A stretch of DNA of 64,000 bases, taken from the NCBI GenBank assembly GCA_045862955.1, contig BTVI01000017.1, positions 1 through 64,000 of the forward strand, in the 5' to 3' direction. The notes under the pieces are model-generated. The model was not told where the DNA came from. It ran no database searches and saw only the letters and a program-made list of their open reading frames with translations. The DNA comes from Fimbriimonadales bacterium. Lineage in GTDB: Bacteria > Armatimonadota > Fimbriimonadia > Fimbriimonadales > JABRVX01. Positions 60,001 through 64,000 of the stretch are shown piece by piece; the first letter of the stretch is position 1; each line of letters starts with the position of its first letter. The position numbers and the translations under genes are program-made.

Positions 60001-60796
60001 GCGGGGCTTCACCCTCATCGAGCTGTTGGTGGTGGTTGCCATCATCACGTTGCTCGCGGGCATTCTGTTCCCCGTGTTCGCCCGGTCTCGCGAGGGAGCA
60101 CGGAAGACCACCTGTGTCAGCAACTGTGGCCAGCTCGGCAAGGCAGTCCTGCTGTACGCTCCCGACTTCGCCGAGCGCTTCCCGACGGCCGAGTGCCAAG
60201 GTGATCAGGGCAACGCACACTTCGTAGACGGAGGTTCGCGCTACGACCACCCCGAGGACAAGTGGTGTCTTGCCGATGCCATCGGGAGATACGTGAAGGG
60301 CGATGAGGCCTTTCGTTGTCCGACGCTAACTGCGCGCGTGTACCGTGGCACCGCCCATGGCATCGCTAGCAAGGCCGTTACCGGACCCGGCTCGGACGCG
60401 AAGGCCAACTACGGTGGCTCCTATATGTACTTCTGTGCGCACATGACGGTGTTCAACGACACCGCCTCGCCGCTGGCACTGATATGGTGGGCGCTGTACA
60501 TGGCAGGGCGGGACATCGCACCCTGGATACAGAACGGCGACACTCCCGAGATGTATTTCGTATGCGGTAACAAGCTTTCGGCGGTGGCCTCTACTGCTAC
60601 GAAGCCCCTGCTCATGGAGCGGGCCTGGGGTAGCACCCACGAGGGCATTCCGGCGGACAAGGCGTTCGAGCTGTTCATTCCACCTGGGACGGCCGTGCTC
60701 GGCTTCCCGACGGCGTACGCGGACGGTCACGCCCGCTACGAGAAACTCGACTTCCCGCGTGCCGTGGCGCTGTGGGGCAGGAGGAATCGCGATTAG
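59990..60796 (+). CDS. Prepilin-type N-terminal cleavage/methylation protein (DUF1559-like)
   Basis: RRGFTLIELLVVVAII; C-terminal AYADGH. Confidence 0.9.
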   Translation: MGSRRGFTLIELLVVVAIITLLAGILFPVFARSREGARKTTCVSNCGQLGKAVLLYAPDFAERFPTAECQGDQGNAHFVDGGSRYDHPEDKWCLADAIGRYVKGDEAFRCPTLTARVYRGTAHGIASKAVTGPGSDAKANYGGSYMYFCAHMTVFNDTASPLALIWWALYMAGRDIAPWIQNGDTPEMYFVCGNKLSAVASTATKPLLMERAWGSTHEGIPADKAFELFIPPGTAVLGFPTAYADGHARYEKLDFPRAVALWGRRNRD

Positions 60797-60847
60797 CTCC
60801 GCCAAGCCACGCCGCGCTTCGGGAACTGCGAAGCGCCCAGCGGAGTA

Positions 60848-60856
60848 TGCTATATT
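60848..60856 (+). promoter_or_regulatory. Extended -10 promoter element
   Basis: TGCTATATT ending 7 nt before GTG 60864. Confidence 0.55.
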
Positions 60857-60863
60857 CGTAGAA

Positions 60864-61310
60864 GTGAAGCGTTCGGTACGCATTCTCGCACTCGCGTTCC
60901 TGTCGCTGGCTGTGGGCTCGGCAAGCGTGCCGAGTCGCATGCCTGCAGCCGAGTGCGCCAGTCGAGGATGCGAGATGGGCTGCGGCGCCACCACGCACGA
61001 GGTGGTAAGGCATGCCTGCTGCAGCGCGCTCGCCGGCTTCGGCGTCCCCGATGCTGAGCATGCCGCACAACGATGGGCTACCGGTCCCCAGACCGAATGC
61101 CGCTGCATGCGCGCCTTGCCAACAGGCGTTCCCGCGATATCCGAGCCGATTCCACTCCCGACGGCCTGGGCGGACATCGCATCTGCGCCCGCGGCGCCAC
61201 ACATCGCGCCGGTCTTGCGCGTGCCCATCCCCTTCGCTTCGGACTCGTCCCCGCCGTGTGCGTCCTCCCATCGGCATCCCTCTCTCCGCGCTCCTCCCAC
61301 CTCCTCCTAG
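60864..61310 (+). CDS. Cys-rich exported leader protein with C-terminal RAPP motif (CruR/DUF2946-like)
   Basis: Signal peptide; ECASRGCEMGC, HACC and ECRC; Pro/Ala linker; LRAPPTSS at the stop. Confidence 0.65.
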   Translation: MKRSVRILALAFLSLAVGSASVPSRMPAAECASRGCEMGCGATTHEVVRHACCSALAGFGVPDAEHAAQRWATGPQTECRCMRALPTGVPAISEPIPLPTAWADIASAPAAPHIAPVLRVPIPFASDSSPPCASSHRHPSLRAPPTSS

Positions 61311-61472
61311 GCGAGTCGCGTAGCCCTATGCGGGCTGTGCGCCGCCTGATTTGCGTCTGCTGAAGCGTTCCCGTCGCCCCGGTGGTGTCGTGCCGCCAGG
61401 CGACCTAGCCCCGACGGCCCGTCTGCACTTCAGTGCCGGCCGTCACTCGCAGACCCGAGTGGAGGTGCGAAC

Positions 61473-63488
61473 ATGAAAGTTGCATTGTCGTCCTTGCGCC
61501 GTCAGTGGATCACGCTGCTGCTGCTCGGAATGAGTGTGCTGGCGGTTCGCTGGATTGTCGGCACGCAGCGTGCGCCCGGCGCGATGACCATCGTAGAAGC
61601 CCAGGCAATGGACATGACGGCGATGAAGGCGCCGGCGGGCGTCTTCCCCGTAGCCGTGGAAGAGGTTTCCCTGCGTGCCGTCGGCGGCGCGTCGGAATAC
61701 CCCGGCACGGTCTACGCACTGCAGGACGAGCAGGTCGTGTCCCGCGTCGCCGGGCGGGTTGTAAGGGTCCCCGTGTACCCAGGCGATCGCGTTTCCGCCG
61801 GTCAGGTGCTGGCCGTGCTCGAAGCGAACGAGCTCTCCGCCCAAAGCGGTGCTGCCAGGCAGATGGCGGCCGCGAAGAGCGCGACGGGTGCAGCCGGGAG
61901 AGAAATGGTTCGCGATCGGAGCGCGATGCTGGATGCGGCGCGGTCGAGGGTGAGCGCAGCCACGGCGGCCCTTCATCGTGCCGAGAGTGAGGTCGCGGCG
62001 GCCATCGCCGAGCGGGATCGGGCACAGGACGAAGCCCGCATGGCGGATGCCGAGGTGGATGAGCGCCAGGCAGAGCTCCGCTACGCCGAGCAGGCCCTGG
62101 AGCGCGAGCGACGACTGCACAAGTCCGGCGCGGTCTCACTCGACGAGCTCCAGGTGGCGGAGCGCGAGCGTGACGCTGCGGCAGCCCGACTGCGAACGGC
62201 GCAGTCGAAGTCCAAAGCCGCCCGCCAAGGGATCGATGTCTCGGAGCGGCGCGTCACTTCGGCGCAGAGAATGGCCGAAGAAGCGGCGGCGATGGCTACG
62301 GAAGCCGCCAGCGAGGTGAAGCGGGCCGAGGCGGCGCTTCGTCAGGCCCGCGAGGAGGCGCAGGCCCTCGGTGCCGAGGCTCGCGCCGCAGGGTCGGATG
62401 CAGCCGCGATGGCTACGATGGCGGGGTACCGCACGGTGCGGGCACTTTCTTCCGGCGTGGTTGCCGAGCGGATCGCCTCACCCGGAAGCGTGGTGATGAC
62501 GGGCGACCCGCTGCTGCGCCTTATAGTGCTGGATCGGGTCCGCGTCCAGGCGGATCTGCCGCAATCTCTCAGCCGCGACGTGCGGGAGGGCAGTGGAGTC
62601 GAGATCGTGGCCGGTGCGGTGCACAGGCAAGCGAAGATTACTTCGGTCTTCCCAGTGCTGGATACCCAATCGAGGACCTATCGTGTCGAGGCACTCGTCT
62701 CGAACCCCGATCGCGCGCTGATGCCGGGAATGTCGGTCACGCTGCGTGTGGCCACCTCTCGCGTCGCCGAATCGATCGCCGTGCGCGAAAAGGCGGTGCG
62801 CACGGACGCAGAGGGCGGCCACTACGTGTGGATGGCAGTAGAGCGCGCGGACTCGGCTAAGGCCACGGACTGGACGTGCACCATGCATCCCGAGGTGAGT
62901 AGCCCGGGTCCCGGAACTTGCCCCAAGTGCAAGATGGACCTGGTACCTCGCGAGCAGGGGGGCAAGTACGTTGCCAAGAGACGTTCCATCACCGTCGGGC
63001 GCTCCGACGGCGAGTACACGGCGGTGAGATCCGGCCTCGCTGTGGGGGATCGCGTTATCTGGGCCGGCCACGAGGACCTGTTCGAGGGAGCACCCGTGCA
63101 GCCGACGGAGTGGGCTGGCGACGGACCGGCGCAGCTGCCTGCTGGGGGTGGAGCAGCGCTCCACGACCATGGAGCCCCTGTTCAGCCTCGACAACGCGAT
63201 CACTCCATGGATCATAAGGCTCACCAGCCAAAGCCGCCGTCGCCCGCTGCCAAAGACGTCTGGACCTGCCCCATGCACCCAGAGGTGAAGAGCGACAAGC
63301 CGGGCACCTGCCCGAAGTGCAAGATGGACTTGGTGAAGCAGGCTGTCTCGCCCACATCGAAGCCGCCGTCGCCCGCTGCCAAAGACGTCTGGACCTGCCC
63401 CATGCACCCAGAGGTGAAGAGCGACAAGCCGGGCACCTGCCCGAAGTGCAAGATGGACCTCGAAAAGCAGCCGGGGGCATCCCGATGA
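61473..63488 (+). CDS. RND efflux periplasmic adaptor with three CxMH...CPKC heavy-metal-binding domains
   Basis: Biotinyl-like GRVVRV..PGDRV..GQVL; long coiled coil; LMPGM; 3x WTCxMHPEV...CPKCKMDL; GGAGGT RBS. Confidence 0.92.
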   Translation: MKVALSSLRRQWITLLLLGMSVLAVRWIVGTQRAPGAMTIVEAQAMDMTAMKAPAGVFPVAVEEVSLRAVGGASEYPGTVYALQDEQVVSRVAGRVVRVPVYPGDRVSAGQVLAVLEANELSAQSGAARQMAAAKSATGAAGREMVRDRSAMLDAARSRVSAATAALHRAESEVAAAIAERDRAQDEARMADAEVDERQAELRYAEQALERERRLHKSGAVSLDELQVAERERDAAAARLRTAQSKSKAARQGIDVSERRVTSAQRMAEEAAAMATEAASEVKRAEAALRQAREEAQALGAEARAAGSDAAAMATMAGYRTVRALSSGVVAERIASPGSVVMTGDPLLRLIVLDRVRVQADLPQSLSRDVREGSGVEIVAGAVHRQAKITSVFPVLDTQSRTYRVEALVSNPDRALMPGMSVTLRVATSRVAESIAVREKAVRTDAEGGHYVWMAVERADSAKATDWTCTMHPEVSSPGPGTCPKCKMDLVPREQGGKYVAKRRSITVGRSDGEYTAVRSGLAVGDRVIWAGHEDLFEGAPVQPTEWAGDGPAQLPAGGGAALHDHGAPVQPRQRDHSMDHKAHQPKPPSPAAKDVWTCPMHPEVKSDKPGTCPKCKMDLVKQAVSPTSKPPSPAAKDVWTCPMHPEVKSDKPGTCPKCKMDLEKQPGASR

Positions 63489-64000
63489 GCGAGCAGCCGG
63501 AGCCATCCCATGAAGGCTTCAACATCGTACGATGGTCGGTAGACCACCCATACGCCGTTCTGGCCTTCTACCTCGCGATGTTAGTACTAGGTGCTCTGGC
63601 CATCGGCTACACCATGCCGCGCCGATTCATGCCTTACGTGGAGAGCCCGCTCCTCGGTATCGTCACCGAGATGCCAGGCCTATCAGCCGAAGAGATGGAG
63701 ACCTACTTCTCCTCGCCGATCGAGCAGCGCATGGTGAACATCCAGAACGTCCGCTACATCCGCTCGATCAGCCAAGAGGGCTTCAGCATGGTAGTGTTGG
63801 AGTTCCCGTACGGCTCGGACATGCGTGCCGCGCAGACCGAGGTGCAGAGTCTGCTCAACATGGTGCAAGCAGACCTACCTATCACGGGCGCCAATCTGAA
63901 ACCCAGCTGGATCCTGCGCGTGGACCCACTCAATCTGCCGGTGCTCTCCTTCAGTCTTACCGGCGACCCGGCGAAGGGCTGGACGCTACCACGGTTGAGG
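63485..64000 (+). CDS. RND efflux permease (CusA/CzcA/AcrB family), truncated by the window edge
   Basis: My translation: MSEQPEPSHEGFNIVRWSVDHP...PGLSAEEMETYFSSPIEQRM...IRSISQEGFSMVVLEF; ATGA overlap. Confidence 0.9.
   Translation, partial: MSEQPEPSHEGFNIVRWSVDHPYAVLAFYLAMLVLGALAIGYTMPRRFMPYVESPLLGIVTEMPGLSAEEMETYFSSPIEQRMVNIQNVRYIRSISQEGFSMVVLEFPYGSDMRAAQTEVQSLLNMVQADLPITGANLKPSWILRVDPLNLPVLSFSLTGDPAKGWTLPRLR

Overview
GC-rich bacterial chromosomal window. The taxon is inferred, not proven, to be Armatimonadota-like, from the DUF1559-type prepilins, the DUF5693-csaB pair and a dockerin-like C-terminal tail. Gene content is mostly housekeeping and envelope: rhomboid-DUF5693-csaB-large beta-barrel; accC-nusB-folD-ispA-lhgO; a GH27 enzyme; a tricorn-like S41 protease; a half ATP synthase operon (atpI-B-E-F-H); an acyl-CoA synthetase; pdxST; dCMP deaminase-wecA-wecB-AI2E-uppP; a sugar ABC transporter; a 6TM voltage-gated channel; a complete Rrf2-SUF operon; fbaB; acpS; purN; and the start of a heavy-metal RND operon. 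I found no transposase, integrase, cas, rRNA or tRNA gene. Intergenic regions carry several REP-like palindrome families, including about 43 copies of a 27-nt element in arrays that mimic CRISPR but are not. Best leads: (1) a probably leaderless, Cys-rich, signal-peptide ORF ending in RAPP, with an anti-SD next to the stall motif, upstream of the metal efflux operon (candidate CruR-like arrest-peptide control); (2) an unannotated ~280-nt structured RNA with its own promoter and terminator; (3) a channel with a CavMr-like TLEGWVE filter; (4) a 48-nt piece of pdxT copied between two repeat units; (5) a large barrel with SprA-like motifs coupled to csaB. All functional calls come from reading motifs by eye; no database search was run.
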